From NCBI GenBank assembly GCA_965112155.1, contig OZ218098.1: a DNA stretch of 64,000 nt; one strand, written 5' to 3'. A model generated the notes under the pieces. That model was not told the DNA's origin. It saw only the letters and a program-made list of their open reading frames with translations, and searched no databases. Origin of the DNA: Podarcis liolepis. Its lineage: Eukaryota. This document shows positions 50,666 through 63,472 of the stretch, piece after piece (the first letter of the stretch is position 1; the number at the start of each line of letters is the position of its first letter). Position numbers and translations under genes: made by a program.

Positions 50666-53620
50666 GAATAGAGTGAGTCCGCCCTGAAATCAGGAAATGC
50701 TACAAGTTATTGAGAAGTATGGCCATCCATTTAGGACTGTAGCTGTCTCACTGTTATAATCACTTCACATAACATATATGAAGACATCATGGGTGAATTA
50801 CCTCTTTTAATGGAATGAAAGTTGAAGCTATTTACCCTTATTTTCTTTGTTTGTGTGACAGACAGTCAAAGGGTTGGGTAGACCTGAGGCTGAGCCAAAA
50901 ATTCTACACCCCAGACTTTCAGCTCAACTTTGGGAGCAGGGAGTGAAAAGGGGGAATTAAATTGAGGGCCAGTTGGAGGCCAGACATTATAAGGGAACAT
51001 TATTCCAGGGCCTAATTCTGCACCATCCACACCACTGGAGTTAGAGTGTGGCAGATCCAAGCTTGTAATAAGACCAAGCCAAATTGACTGAATGCTGAAC
51101 AATGTTCTCATTTTCTCATTAAAATAAAATGCTTCTATAAAAGCCTTACAGCTTGACTGACATCTTTAATTTGGAGTAAAACTGTGGTAATGTTCACTAA
51201 AGTGGATGACTTAGTTCTGAAAAATGCTACTTGCAAATTAGATTATCAACAATATTTATGGCTTGAACTGCACTATGCTGTGAGTCTGTCGGAGAGGCGT
51301 TAAACTATTTGTGTGTCATGCACCAGTGAGACAGCTATAATTAGTTATTTTTGTTAACCATTAGTGTAATTACTGTAGCAGATCTCCATGCAACTGTTCC
51401 ATGGACAAGTTAAACCTGCTCCCAGGCAGGTTTAATTTATGTATCTCTGGCTTTGCCAAGTATTCTAAGTGTCTTTTAATTATTTCAGACACAGTTCTTA
51501 GTTCTGTCTTTGGAAAACTCCTGTAGCTTTGACTTACTTTACTAAATGTTGTGGAAAACCAGATTAATTCAAAGAGAAAATTATTTCATGATTCCCCTAC
51601 CATTTCATCATGACAAATGTCAGGATGTTTGCTTACTCATCAACACTGCTTTGTGAGTGGTCAGTGTATTTATTTTTCATATGTTTACAGGGTAATCCTA
51701 TGCATGTTTGCTCAGAATTAAGCCACACCATGTTCAATGGGGCTTACTCCCTAGTAAGTATGTTTAAGGTTCCAAGTTTACAAAGCCTGGTTAACATTTA
51801 CAATGATTTGTCAGCAAAGACAGAAGGGAAAGTTTCTGAGCTCCTTGCAGCCACAAGCAAGGAGATGTGCAAGTCCAAGGTTTGCTGTGGCTTGTTTTAG
51901 CTCATTATTTTCCAGTAAACTGTGGTTTAGCTAAACTGCCAAATGGAAGGCTATTGAGGCCTGCAAGTGCTTCCATCTTATCTGAAGTGGTTTCATTCAA
52001 ACACAGATAGAGTATGAGTTACTATAGTTTCTGGATGATGGCCCTTCACTCTGAAGGCCCTTCACCCAGGAGATCATTCAACTATGTCCTAATCCGAATT
52101 TTCAGTCTGATACAGAAAGAGTCTGATACAGAAAGCGCTTACCACATACTATCTCTGCACATTTGACTCCATAAGAAGGTAGCTGTGCTGTATGAATGAA
52201 AAATTTGTATGAATAACTACATCACTTTTAGTTCTCAAAACATTTCCCATCCTTTAATCTTTTTGTTTTTAAGAGGAGGTGCACTTGCTCATAAATGACA
52301 TGCTCATTTTAATTTTAATTAATGTTGGGATTGTACTTTTTAATCCAGTTTTATCCAATGGTTAGACAGAAGCAGAATTAAGAATATAATATAGCATATC
52401 CAGAGTAATGAAGTGTGGCAGAGGTCAATTAGAGAGTGAAGTTATTGAAAGATCTATGGAAAAGAAGATAATTTCCTGTTTCTGCACTGCTCTACTATTC
52501 TCTGTCTTATGCTTATACTTAAAATATCATTGCAGTATTACAATAGTTAAAATATAAAGCCCCGTATTGGCAAAATTTATACCTCTGGCTTAAAATAATT
52601 AGGTATTTGTTTTGAATTCTAATGTCCATATTTTCAACAGTTTATGTGATTTGAAAGATTTACCCTTCAAATAAACTGCAGAATTATACTCTCAATTTAC
52701 TTATTATCCTTGGTAAGTAATATAAACAACCTGCACGTTCTGTTCCAGATGGTGGAATAACTTATCAGTGTTCATTCGGTAATAACTAAGCCCCTAATGA
52801 AATCTAAGCATAAGTAATGACAAATGCAATATGTATAGTAGCAAATATCCAAATTGTGAACAAAAAGCATTAGAGTAAATGCCCTAATTAAATGTGACAG
52901 CTTAAAATATAGCCCTGTTATGTTTGAATGTAACCATGTGAATCAGTAAGTATGCAGCCTTGGAATATTCATTTTGAAATCGGTTCTGCTTTTAGGAACA
53001 GCACTTTGGGGGGTTTCTAGAATGTAGCCCTTTCTAATTCAAAGCCCTTCCTATCTCAGGGTCTGAAGGTAAGAACAATACCAGAAAACATGTAGATACC
53101 AACTCCCTGTGTCATGAACAATCAAATTAAATAAGAATGAAATAATAAAGGATTTTAAGGATATGAGTTATTTTGTGCTCTGGCTTTCTCTGCCCTATAA
53201 CAAGTCAGGTCCATCTAGTTCAGTATTGTCTGCACTGAGTGACAACAGCTTTCCAGGGTTCCAGACAGAGGTCTGTCCCCGTCCTACCTGGAAATGCTGG
53301 GGACTCAGCCTTTTATGTGGAAGGCAGCAGTGATTTATCTATTTTATTTGGCAAATAAATAAAATTCCATCGCTAAGGCTGGGATCCTGAGAATAAAAAA
53401 GGGGAGGGCACTCAAACAGGAAAATCAAATATTCTGCTCCTCTTCTCTTTACTTTGCTTGATTCATCTTTAGCACAGTTGCAGAGGGCTAAAGCAGGGCA
53501 GTTGCCGTTGTTCCAGCACCCGGTGAAGACGACTTATGTTCTTCCTTTGCATTTTCCTTGCAAGACTTTCATATGTGCTAGAATTGAGGGCCGAGGTGGT
53601 CTGACAGCGTTAATGAAGAG

Positions 53621-53871
53621 CATGGGTAGGCAAACTAAGGCCTGGGGGCCGGATCCGGCCCAATCGCCTTCTAAATTCGGCCCACGGACTGTCTGGGAAT
53701 CAGCGTGTTTTTACATGAGTAGAATGTGTCCTTTTATTTAAAATGCATCTCTGGGTTATTTGTGGGGCATAGGAATTCGTTAATTTATTTTTTTTCAAAA
53801 TATAGTCCAGCCCCCCACAAGGTCTGAGGGAAAGTGGACCTGCCCCTGCTGAAAAAGTTTGCTGGCCCCTG
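53621..53871. mobile_element. hAT MITE (251 bp)
   Basis: TIRs catgggtaggcaaact and agtttgctggcccctg. Perfect 8-bp TSD atgaagag. Confidence 0.9.
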
Positions 53872-54570
53872 ATGAAGAGTATCCTTAAGCTAAAGGTCAA
53901 GACAGGATGCGATCACCAAACAGAAGCTTCTGTGCTTCCAGTTCAGGTTTCTTGTTTTTTCCAAGCCAAAACAAGAAGTATAATAAATAGGACTACAACA
54001 TCTATATCATGGCTATGGCTCCTTAAGGCTTCTCTGTTTGGCCATCAGGACTGTCCCCAGCCACACACACCCTCCCCAGGCCACCCCACTCACCAGCCCT
54101 GCTTCATGCTCTCCTGGAATGCTTTTGACTGGCTGGAATGTGTCCTTGAATTCTGGTAAGACCTCTTGCTTGTTTGGATGGACGAGAGAGTAAGTTGTGT
54201 GCTGAAACTAGACTACTGTCCACAGTTGTATCTTCTTTGCCCCATCCATTTTTGACTCTGACCCACCCCTGGCATGTGGCCCTGGCGGGAAATGTGCTTC
54301 TCAGACTGAGAAAGGTTTCCCACCCCTGCTTTATCTGAGCAAAACTTTTAGTTTCAATTTTAATTTCAGGTTACCATTTGTCCTCAGTTAATCAATCACA
54401 ATATACTCAACTGGCCATTTCTTCATGCTGGCGGGAGTGTGGCTTAATCTCCTCCTCCTCCTCCTCCTCCTCCTCCTCCTTCTTCTTCTTCTTCTTCTTC
54501 TTCTTCTTCTTCTTCTTCTGTAATCACTCATAGCCGAGTAAGATTGTGTTCCATGAACACGGTTTTAATA

Positions 54571-54892
54571 AAAAAATTCCAGTAGCACCTTTAAGACCAA
54601 CTAAGTTAGTTCTTGGTATGAGCTTTCGTGTGCATGCACACTTCTTCAGATACACTGAAACAGAAGCTGCCAGATCCTTCTATATAGTGAGAAGGTGGGG
54701 AACTAACTTAGTTGGTCTTAAAGGTGCTCACTATATAGAAGGATCTGGCAACTTCTGTTTCAGTGTATCTGAAGAAGTGTGCATGCACACAAAAGCTCAT
54801 ACCAAGAACTAACTTAGTTGGTCTTAAAGGTGCTACTGGAAGGAATTTTTTTATTTTGACTATGGCAGACCAACACGGCTACCTATCTGTAA
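54571..54892. mobile_element. Second fold-back Penelope-like remnant
   Basis: Near-identical to 48951-49174. 12-bp TSD acggttttaata (54559-54570, 54893-54904). Confidence 0.82.
54616..54653 (-). ncRNA. Minimal type I hammerhead ribozyme motif (intact core, minus strand)
   Basis: Minus strand guau-CUGAAGA-a-gugug(caug)cacac-GAAA-gc-UC^-auac. Confidence 0.75.
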
Positions 54893-55411
54893 ACGGTTTT
54901 AATAGTGAGTCTGTAAGTGACTGTGGAGGCTAGTTCTGGATCCACACGTCCGTCTACAGTGGGGGCATAGGTTTTTCCAGGTGGGAGTTGCTCACAGTGA
55001 GGGTTTGCCAAGCATGCCTTCCTCTTAGCACATTTCTCCCTTTCGTCCTGAGTTCAAGCGTCTTCAAAGCCCATGACAGCTTTGGTAAAGGCTGTTCTCC
55101 AATTGGAGCACTCTCAGGTCAGTGTTTCCCAGTTGTAGGTGTTTATACTATATATTTTTAGATTTGCCTTGAGAGAGTCTTTAAACCTCTTTTGTTGACC
55201 ACCAGCATTACACTTTCCATTTTTAAGTGTGGAATAGAGTAGTTGCTTTGGAAGACAATAATCAGGCATCCGCACAACATGACCAGTCCAACAAAGTTGA
55301 TGTTGAAGAATCAGCACCCTTCTATCCACCAAGCCATTACCTTCCTACATTTATGGTGCCTGGGTACTTAAAAGTACTTCAGTCTGATTGGCTATTAATT
55401 TGGCAAGGAAG

Positions 55412-55668
55412 AAGAAGAGTTTGGAAGAAGAGTTTGGATTTGATATCCCGCCTTTCACTCCCTTTAAGGAGTCTCAAAGCGGCTAACATTCTCCTTTCCC
55501 TTCCTCCCCCACAACAAACACTCTGTGAGGTGAGTGGGGCTGAGAGACTTCAAGGAAGTGTGACTGGCCCAAGGTCACCCAGCAGCTGCATGTGGAGGAG
55601 CGGAGACACGAACCCGGTTCCCCAGATTGCAAGACTACTGCTCTCAACCACTACACCACACTGGCTCT
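55412..55668 (-). mobile_element. Squam3-like tRNA-SINE
   Basis: Reverse-complement homolog of 8321-8571. TSD aaggaag. Confidence 0.85.
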
Positions 55669-56794
55669 AAGGAAGTCTAACCTCAGTAGACTGCAGATTG
55701 TTCATAAAGCATAAAGTTATAAAACATTAATCAGTTTTTATCTTACGGTTATTTTTTATATTCGGGTCGTGCCTAGTCTTTCAACATTGACTCCAGTGAA
55801 AACACTTTTTGAACTGGATTATTTCGTTAAATCAGCATTGCTCCTTCTGTCTGCCTCCTGCACATCTTCATTTGCCTCTGGTAAAACCAATTCTTGAGTT
55901 CATACATGAGCTTTTTTATAACAAGTACTGGCAATCAATTAACTACTTCATTAACAAGTTACGCCTGATTTTATTGAGCCTGGCAACTTCATATCAAAGA
56001 CCTCTATTCACAGAACTAGATTACAGCTCCTAATTGGCATGTAGTTTAGGGTTGCTATTAAAACTATAAAACTGATTTACTACAAAAAGAACAAATCCAA
56101 AATACCTAAGGAGAGGAATGTTCTTCTGTATGCAACTTGCTACTAATAACTCATTTAACAATGTGCAGATCTTGTCTCTTATGAACCATAAAGCATATTT
56201 TGCACATTTACTTGTTTCCTTCCTTCCTTCATTGAATTGATCCAGATTATTAAATACTTAGGGAAGAAAGGAGCCAATCAAAGTGAAGTACAATTCTTAC
56301 TGATGCCAATGGGGAAGTTAGATCAAAGGCACTTAAGTGCTTAATGTTTACTTTGCTGTGCTCTTATTAATTATTTTGCTGTGCAGTTATGACTATTAGG
56401 ACGAGTAGACTCTTGAACTACACTATCTGCAGTAGAATTCTTCATGGAAAGAGCTACTTTTGATGAAGATGTGTGATAACAAAGAAGGATAACATCACTG
56501 AGACTACCAGAGAAAGAGCCCTTTCTATATCCTAGCCACAATTACTAGCCTTCCCTGCACAATAAAACTCTTCTTTTAATCTTGCCATCTCTCCTTCTGC
56601 TTCATCTCAGTGTAGACTAAACCTAGTCTACAGCAAGATGAGGTAGGTGGTAGAGTCCAGAGGTGGTAGAAAATATGTTACCATTTCAGACTTCAGGTGT
56701 GGACTCATATTTATGAATGCTTCCTACACTAAAAAGCAAAAAAAACAACACATTGCAGCATAAAAGAACAGGATATGCTAGAATATAGAGAATC

Positions 56795-57540
56795 CCTGTG
56801 TGTTTTTTGGGGGGTGGATAGGCATGGGGGACTCCCTGGTCCTGAATGGGGTAACTGTGCCCCTTAAGGTGCGCAGCCTGGGAGTCATTTTAGATTCACA
56901 GCTGTCCATGGAGGCACAGGTCAATTATGTGTCCAGGACAGCTGTCTACCAGCTCCATCTGGTACGCAGGCTGAGACCCTACCTGCCTGCAAACTGTCTT
57001 GCCAGAGTAGTGCATGCTCTGGTTATCTCCCGCTTAGGCTACTGCAATGTGCTCTACATGGGGCTACCTTTGAAGGTGACCTGGAAACTACAACTAATCC
57101 AGAATGTGGCAGTTAGACTGGTGACTGGGAGCGGCCGCCGAGACCATATAACACTGGTCTTGAAAGACCTACATTGGCTCCCAATACGTTTCCGAACACA
57201 ATTCAAAGTGTTGGAGCTGACCTTTAAAGCCCTAAATGGCCTTGGCCCTGTTTACCTGAATGAGCATCCCCACCCCCATCGTTCAGTCTGGACCCTGAAT
57301 CAGCTCTGAGGGCCTTCTGGCAATTCCTTCAGGAACCAGGCAGAGGGTCTTCTTGGTAGTGGCGTCCACTCTGTGGAAACCCTTCCATCAGATGTCAATT
57401 ACCTCACTTTTAGAAGGCATCTGAAGGCAGCCCTGTACAGGGAAGATTTTAATGTTTGATGTTTTATCGTGTTTTTAATATTCTATTGGGAGCTGCCCAA
57501 AGTGACAGGGTATAAATAATAAATTACTACTGCTACTACT
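56795..57540 (+). mobile_element. L2 LINE 3' fragment (ORF2 remnant)
   Basis: VRSLGVILDSQLSM…LVISRLGYCN…LQLIQN…HITLVLKDLHWLPIRFRTQFKVL. Confidence 0.9.
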
Positions 57541-57606
57541 ATACACGCAGGAAGATTTTAGCAAATGGAAACGTTAAAAAATGGCATCTCCCACCTGCAG
57601 TGTGAA

Positions 57607-57748
57607 ATCACAGACTCATAGAGCTGGAAGCAACCATGAGGGTCATCTAATCCTTCATCCTGCAATACAGGAACCTTTTTGCCCAACATGAGGCTGAACC
57701 CCATGACCCTGAGATTAAGACTCTCATGCTCTATCAACTGAGCTCTAT
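57607..57748 (-). mobile_element. tRNA-Lys-derived SINE with CR1-type tail
   Basis: Reverse-complement homolog of 45856-45995. A head-only fragment also lies at 6588-6637. Confidence 0.78.
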
Positions 57749-58146
57749 CAACATTTAATTGTTTGTGTGTAGACAAGGCTCCTGAGGGATATTTGAGAGC
57801 AACTACAATCCTTTTCAGACATTTGGTTTCCATGGATACTATGTGTGGTGGGATGGCAGCAAGCTCCACTCATTCTAGGCACATTTATCCAAAAGTCTGT
57901 CGAGGCTCCAAAAGAGTGCATGCGTGTAGGGCCCTTCTATAACATTCAAAAGGGCGTGCCTGGAGTATTTTTGCTCTATCCTATGCACATAAGATACAAG
58001 CTCCATCCTGGCCTATGTGCATTCATTTAAAAATTTGCAGAAGGCCCTCCTCACACGCATGTGGTTTGTCATCTACAGACATTCAAGAAGGCACAGGGCT
58101 TGGGTTAAAGCTTGTTGTGCCCCTAATACTGAACAGCACATGAATA

Positions 58147-58380
58147 CAGTGGTACCTCAGGTTACATACGCTTCAGGTTACATATGCTTCAGGTTACAGA
58201 CTCCGCTAACCCAGAAATAGTACTTCAGGTTAAGAACTTTGCTTCAGGATCAGAACAGAAATCGTGCGGTGGCAGCAGTGGGAGGCCCCATTAGCTAAAG
58301 TGGTGCTTCAGGTTAAGAACAGTTTCAGGTTAAGAACAGACCTCCGGAACGAATTAAGTACGTAACCAGAGGTACCACTG
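58147..58380. mobile_element. pogo/Tigger-like MITE
   Basis: TA|cagtggtacctc…gaggtaccactg|TA. Confidence 0.92.
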
Positions 58381-60082
58381 TACTGAACACCTGTAAATAG
58401 TTTGTGTTGACAGCCAGAGTCAACCTCTTTTCACACATCTGTGCTGGGCATCTCAACCAAGTTATCTAGATTTCTGCCTTTTTTTTGTCCTGCAACTTCT
58501 TTTGGATAAATTTTAAAGAATGTTTGCATCACCCGGAAATTTAAGCAGTGAACTGCTCGCCTGCTTTCTTTTATAAGATAATTAAGCTTTCAAAAAAGCT
58601 TCATCTATACACAATGCAATGTGCATTCCTTTTAATGATGTAAGCTATCATTAAACTGACAAATTAATACATACATATTTTAATACTACATGGTAGAGAT
58701 TCCCGCCAGGTGCGCTTTTCTGTCACCCAATTTAAAAATGCACCAATTATTTGGCCTTCTGTTATTTATTGAACTTTATCTAATGCCACTGGAAGATGTG
58801 AGACTTAACCTTCCCAAGGGCTCTTTGAAACAAGAAAAGTTATGCACCGGTTCTTACTGGAGTGTAAAGCTGTTGAAGAGTGCTTGCTGCTCTGCCAACT
58901 TGGCAACAGTTGGGTTTTTTGGGCTAATAAAAGAAGTTACCCCAGACAACCATTTCGAATGTGCCAGAACTACTTTTATTGGGACTATAGAATGGCCCCA
59001 ACATAAGTGCACTCAAAAGAGGTGTGGACTTCCTTTCATAATTGCCCAATGTATTTTCATTACATCATCAGGAAATTTCTCTCTCGGAGCTTGGAAAATG
59101 GTCACATTAAAACAACTACTTTGGAAACAGTAGACACCATCCAGCCCAAATTATGTACCTTTAAGGCCCATTACTTTCAGTAGGGCTCCTGTTCTATACA
59201 TATTTACCTTGAAGTAAGTCCCATTGAGTTCTGTGGGGCTTTCTTCTGAGTAGACTTGCAGAAGTTTGCACTGCAAATCTCACCTGTTGAAATGTACTGT
59301 ATGGTACCGTACTTTTAATTACCTAATGTTTCCTCATTCGTGGCCATTAATTTTTTCTTTGAAAAAAACTACCTATGACTAAAGAATAAATTAAACACTA
59401 TTAAAAATCAATTTTCATCACAGATGTTGAGAAAGAGTTCCTTAAAATGTTCCAGTCTTTTGCAAATTCCTAATGGAATTGTTATGTTATCTTCTCACAC
59501 TCTGGAAGCGTCAAGTAAAATACGGCAGCACTGCTTGCAGACCTTTCCCTAACACAGAAGAGAACAAGATAGTCTCTGTGTGCAGATTGGTGTGTACTTT
59601 AGATTATGCTATGGAGATAAATGTAATCTACACATGGGTAGAAATAATGGAGATCAATGAACCTTAATGTGGTAGAATTGAAAGATAATAGGTTGCTGAA
59701 GCAAATCCCATGTTCATTGAGTTGAGTAGCAGCTTAAACTTGGGAAAACTCATCAAGCTGTATATTACCCGCCTCACGCACTACCAGCAGCTGACAGTTA
59801 TATGAAGAGAGTACAGTGGTGCCTTCAGCGTAGGACTTGGGGGCAGAAGCCCACTCAGCAGAAAGCACAGGAGGGATCCCAAATGTAACAGGGCTGGCTT
59901 TCCAAATGTTGAAGGAAGTAAAGTACACATCACCATGGGGAGTGTAGGGGGCCTGTTTCAGTTCAAGGGTTTCATAGAGCAACCTTCTGTGGTCCACATT
60001 CCACTGATTAGTGGGGCCAGAGGCAAAATTGGGCAGAGCAAGAAACATAAATTTAACCTTTGTAGAGTAGGCTAATTTCTAA

Positions 60083-60464
60083 GGTTAAAGGTAAAGGACC
60101 CCTGGACAGTTAAGTCCAGACAAATGCTACTATGGGATTGCGGTGCTCATCTTGCTTCAGGCTGAGGGAGCCAGCGTTTGTCCATAGACATCTTTCTGGG
60201 TCATGTGGCCAGCATGACTAAACCACTTCTGGCGCAACGGAACACCGTGATGGAAACCAGAGTGCACAGAAACGCCGTTTACCTTCCCACCAGAGCATTA
60301 CCTATTTGTCTACTTGCACTGGTGTGCTTTCAAACTGCTATGTTGGCAGAAAGTGGGACAGAGCAATGGGAGCTCACCCCGTTGTGTGGATTCGAACCGC
60401 CAACCTTCTGATCAGCAAGCCCAAGATGCTCAATGGTTTAGACCACAGTGCCACCCGCTCCCCA
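60083..60464 (-). mobile_element. Sauria SINE
   Basis: Core and tail on the minus strand. 15-bp TSD taggctaatttctaa. Confidence 0.9.
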
Positions 60465-61108
60465 TAGGCTAATTTCTAAACACACACACACCACTCTCAG
60501 TCCTCCATCCAGACAAGTGAGAGGCATTACCAGAGTTGATTAGACTCTCATTAGGGCATTATGCCAAAGGCTTCATGGAAAAGGTGGGTCTTTTAAAGCA
60601 ATTTGAAGAAAGCATATAGATATTCTGTGAGGCATTTTCAAGTGTTATACGACAGCAAAGAATAAAGAGCAGAATCATCTGAGGGAGCAGAAGACCTTTA
60701 GATGGCTGAGAGTAGTGGAGTTGGAAGAGTGACAGACACAGAGATTTATCAGTTTATCAATAGATAACACTAGGAAAGATATGGGGTGCTACAAGATTAT
60801 GGGGGGCTTTGAAGGTAAGGACAATCGGTTTGTGTTGGATCCAAGACTGGACAGGAAGCCCATATGGGGATTTAAAGAGGGATATCATGTGATCAGAGTG
60901 ACAAGAAACATTTATGGTTTCACAGTTCATTTTGCATAATGGGAATAATGGTTATTTCAGAAAACTCTGCCAGTTTAAAAGCTGGTGTAAATAAAAAATA
61001 GTTACATATGAGAATGTTGAAGAAGAGTTTGGGTGGAATCTTTGAAGTCAAATTTGTCTTTTTAAACCCTTCTATTTCTTTTGTCCTATCATGGACTACT
61101 TTTTATAG

Positions 61109-61192
61109 GTTCCAAATTCAAAGAGGAAACACTGATCCAACCAGATACAAGAGCCTGGGAGACAGCTTTAGGACCATATTCCGGACAGAAGG
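61109..61192 (+). CDS. SLC25A21: SLC25A21 coding exon 3 (84 nt)
   Basis: Acceptor ...actactttttatAG and donor GTaagg. Translates (R)FQIQRGNTDPTRYKSLGDSFRTIFRTE(G), close to recalled human FQIQRCATDPNSYKSLVDSFRMIFQMEG. Phase 2 start completes the AG|G Arg codon from exon 2. Confidence 0.96.
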
Positions 61193-61384
61193 GTAAGGAC
61201 AAACACAATTGTTTTATTTATGATCTACTTGAAAAAAGTTTTTAAAACAATAACTTATTTTAATATCATTGTTACGTTTCATGTAATATTTGTAACCTCT
61301 GAAAGGAAACTCAGAGTAACGGATAATATCAAAATTATGATCAAGATAAACAAAATATACATCTAAACAATAAATAACAAGTTT

Positions 61385-61750
61385 ATGGTGGCAACCGTCC
61401 CTCTCGCAAGACAATGGAAGAGTACACCTTTGAGGGTAAAGTCAAACCATTGGAGGGTTACAGCGTCAGCTGTGGCTGTAGAGATGAATGTGTCAGGTTT
61501 TGCTGCACATGATATTTCTTCTTTCTGCACTTCTCCCAGTAGTCATTCTTCCTCTGATCACTGTTGTGGATATATTACCTGTCTTCAGGCATTGTGGTCA
61601 TCTGCAAGGGATTTCCACACATGTTGCAAGCCTTCATGTCATGTTTGCAGACAATTTTGTAATGCAGAGGTGGTCTGCCTACAGGCCTAGTGCTTGAAGC
61701 CAAATCTCTCCACTGAGCTTGGGGATTCTGCCATCTTCCATTCAGTGCTG
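61385..61750 (-). mobile_element. Old RTE LINE fragment
   Basis: Minus-strand DLASSTRPVGRPPLHYKIVCKHDMKAC, resembling the RTE GRPxLRYKDxCKRD motif. Confidence 0.75.
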
Positions 61751-63420
61751 TGACAAACAAACTACAAAATACATAAAACAATATTTTCAGAACATCATCT
61801 TCCTTAGAGGCAGCTTTTGGGGGAGGAAATGGGCTTAAGAGTGTTTGGGGATCTGGGAAGGTCAGGTGCCCTGACTTGACCAAGCTGAAGTGTTTTCTGC
61901 TAAGGCAAAACCACCAATGGCTAGAACCTCTTGTCAATGTGGGGTGATCTGTGAATTTGCAGCATGCTGGAAAAACAATACTAGGCCCTTTTGTGTCAAT
62001 TAGTGTTTTTCTTCACCAGCTGAGTATGTAACTCCTGGAATGTCAAATTTAGCATGTGTCTAAGTTTTTATGTGACTGGGGTTGAAGTGTTTAGAATATT
62101 TCCTAAGTAACTACGAAACTGATCTTATTTCATTAACTGTTATTGAATGGCAAGTTTTATGCAGTACAGGTGCATGAGGTAATGCTGACACAATGGGAAA
62201 GCTGGTGTATGGTAGGTAGGAAACATAAAAAAACTTTTTTTTTTTTTTGAGTTTTAGTGCAAGAAAGATAATGATAAATTTTTGTTTCATTTACTTTACA
62301 TAGAAGACATGTTTTCCTTAATTCATTTATATTAGGTCTGCTTAAAAATAAAAAATAACCTGTCCCTTTAAAAAAGTTCCCTAACATTTAGACTTAGTTC
62401 TGAGTCATTTTCCTTCATGTCCAGGAGCAATAGTGACTGCTTCCAGGCGATTAGCAGCACATCCTTTGGACTATCAAAACATTATTTCCTGAGACTGGAA
62501 AAAGCACCATGGTATCATTAGACAAAACCTTTAGCAAGAAGGATCAGTTTCACAATGGAACCAATGATCTAGGATGCTGGTGAACTCTCCTTCACTGTGG
62601 GTGTTTAAGTAGCCATTTATTGAGAATACTGTAGCTTAGACTTTCACGCATTGCAATTCCCTCTCCTCCCCTTTCATGCCCTCAAGTAAAAGAAGGAAAG
62701 CTTCTTCTTTCAATTTTAAATGAGCCATGTGGCATCCAACCTCAGTGAACAGTGGTTACTTCAAACAGTGGCTTGTACAACTGGGGATTCAACAAACCAC
62801 AGTTCCCAAGTTTCTGATATGATGGGCAACACTGGTCCATTTAAAGGTGGAATGCTTTCCATTTCCACCCTGCTTGCATGTAAATGGAAGAGAGTATGGG
62901 GTGCGCAGAATTCTGCTTCTTGTTCTGGGTTATTGTACTGGAAAACTAGAGTTTCCTGTTTCATCTGAACCTGCTTGTATTGTTTATAGGCTTAACAAGA
63001 AAGTGTGTGTTTGTGAGGGGTTGGTATTGCAGTTGTTTAACCAGCTCCTAAAGAAATAAGTAGTTTGTCACACTGAGACCTAATTTATATGGGATATGGA
63101 CCACAGGAAAAGTACTTACCTGTGTAAATGTTCCATGCATGTCCTGTAACATATGAATGCACTTTCTATTTGTGTTATTTTTACACAAGTAGCATTTGTA
63201 TATCACTGGCATGCCCACATAGGTCAGTGAGAAGCAACTGCTTTGCAAACAGATGATCTCAGGTTCGATCCCATCACCTGTAAGTAGGGCTAGAAGTGTT
63301 TCATGTCTGGAACCCTTGAGAGACACTTCCAGGCAGGGTAGACAATACTGAGTTAGATGGACCAATGGCGTGACTTGGTATAAGGAAGCTTCCTTTGTTT
63401 GTTAATGCTGGCATGTTAAT

Positions 63421-63472
<52 letters not shown>

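Larger units (their letters stand above)
54448..55325 (-). mobile_element. RTE-clade LINE 3' portion with (GAA)n(GAG)n tail, interrupted by a Penelope-like insert
   Basis: Minus-strand QLCWTGHVVRMPDYCLPKQLLYSTLKNGKCNAGGQQKRFKDSLK, typical of the RTE C-terminal region. Confidence 0.88.
17866..61108 (+). other. SLC25A21: SLC25A21 intron 2 (43,243 nt, GT-AG)
   Basis: Lies between two exons that join in frame (…KTR|FQIQR…), with canonical splice dinucleotides. Confidence 0.92.

Noticed and set aside
54765-54803. Plus-strand hammerhead as an intact ribozyme
   Set aside because: The conserved GAAA box reads AAAA at 54791.
56800-57309. 169-aa ORF, the longest in the window, as a host gene
   Set aside because: It is an L2 ORF2 remnant; homologous fragments occur at 36495 and 63421.
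61008-61196. 62-aa ORF as a standalone gene
   Set aside because: Only 61109-61192 is coding (SLC25A21 exon 3). The upstream part is intron and polypyrimidine tract read in frame.
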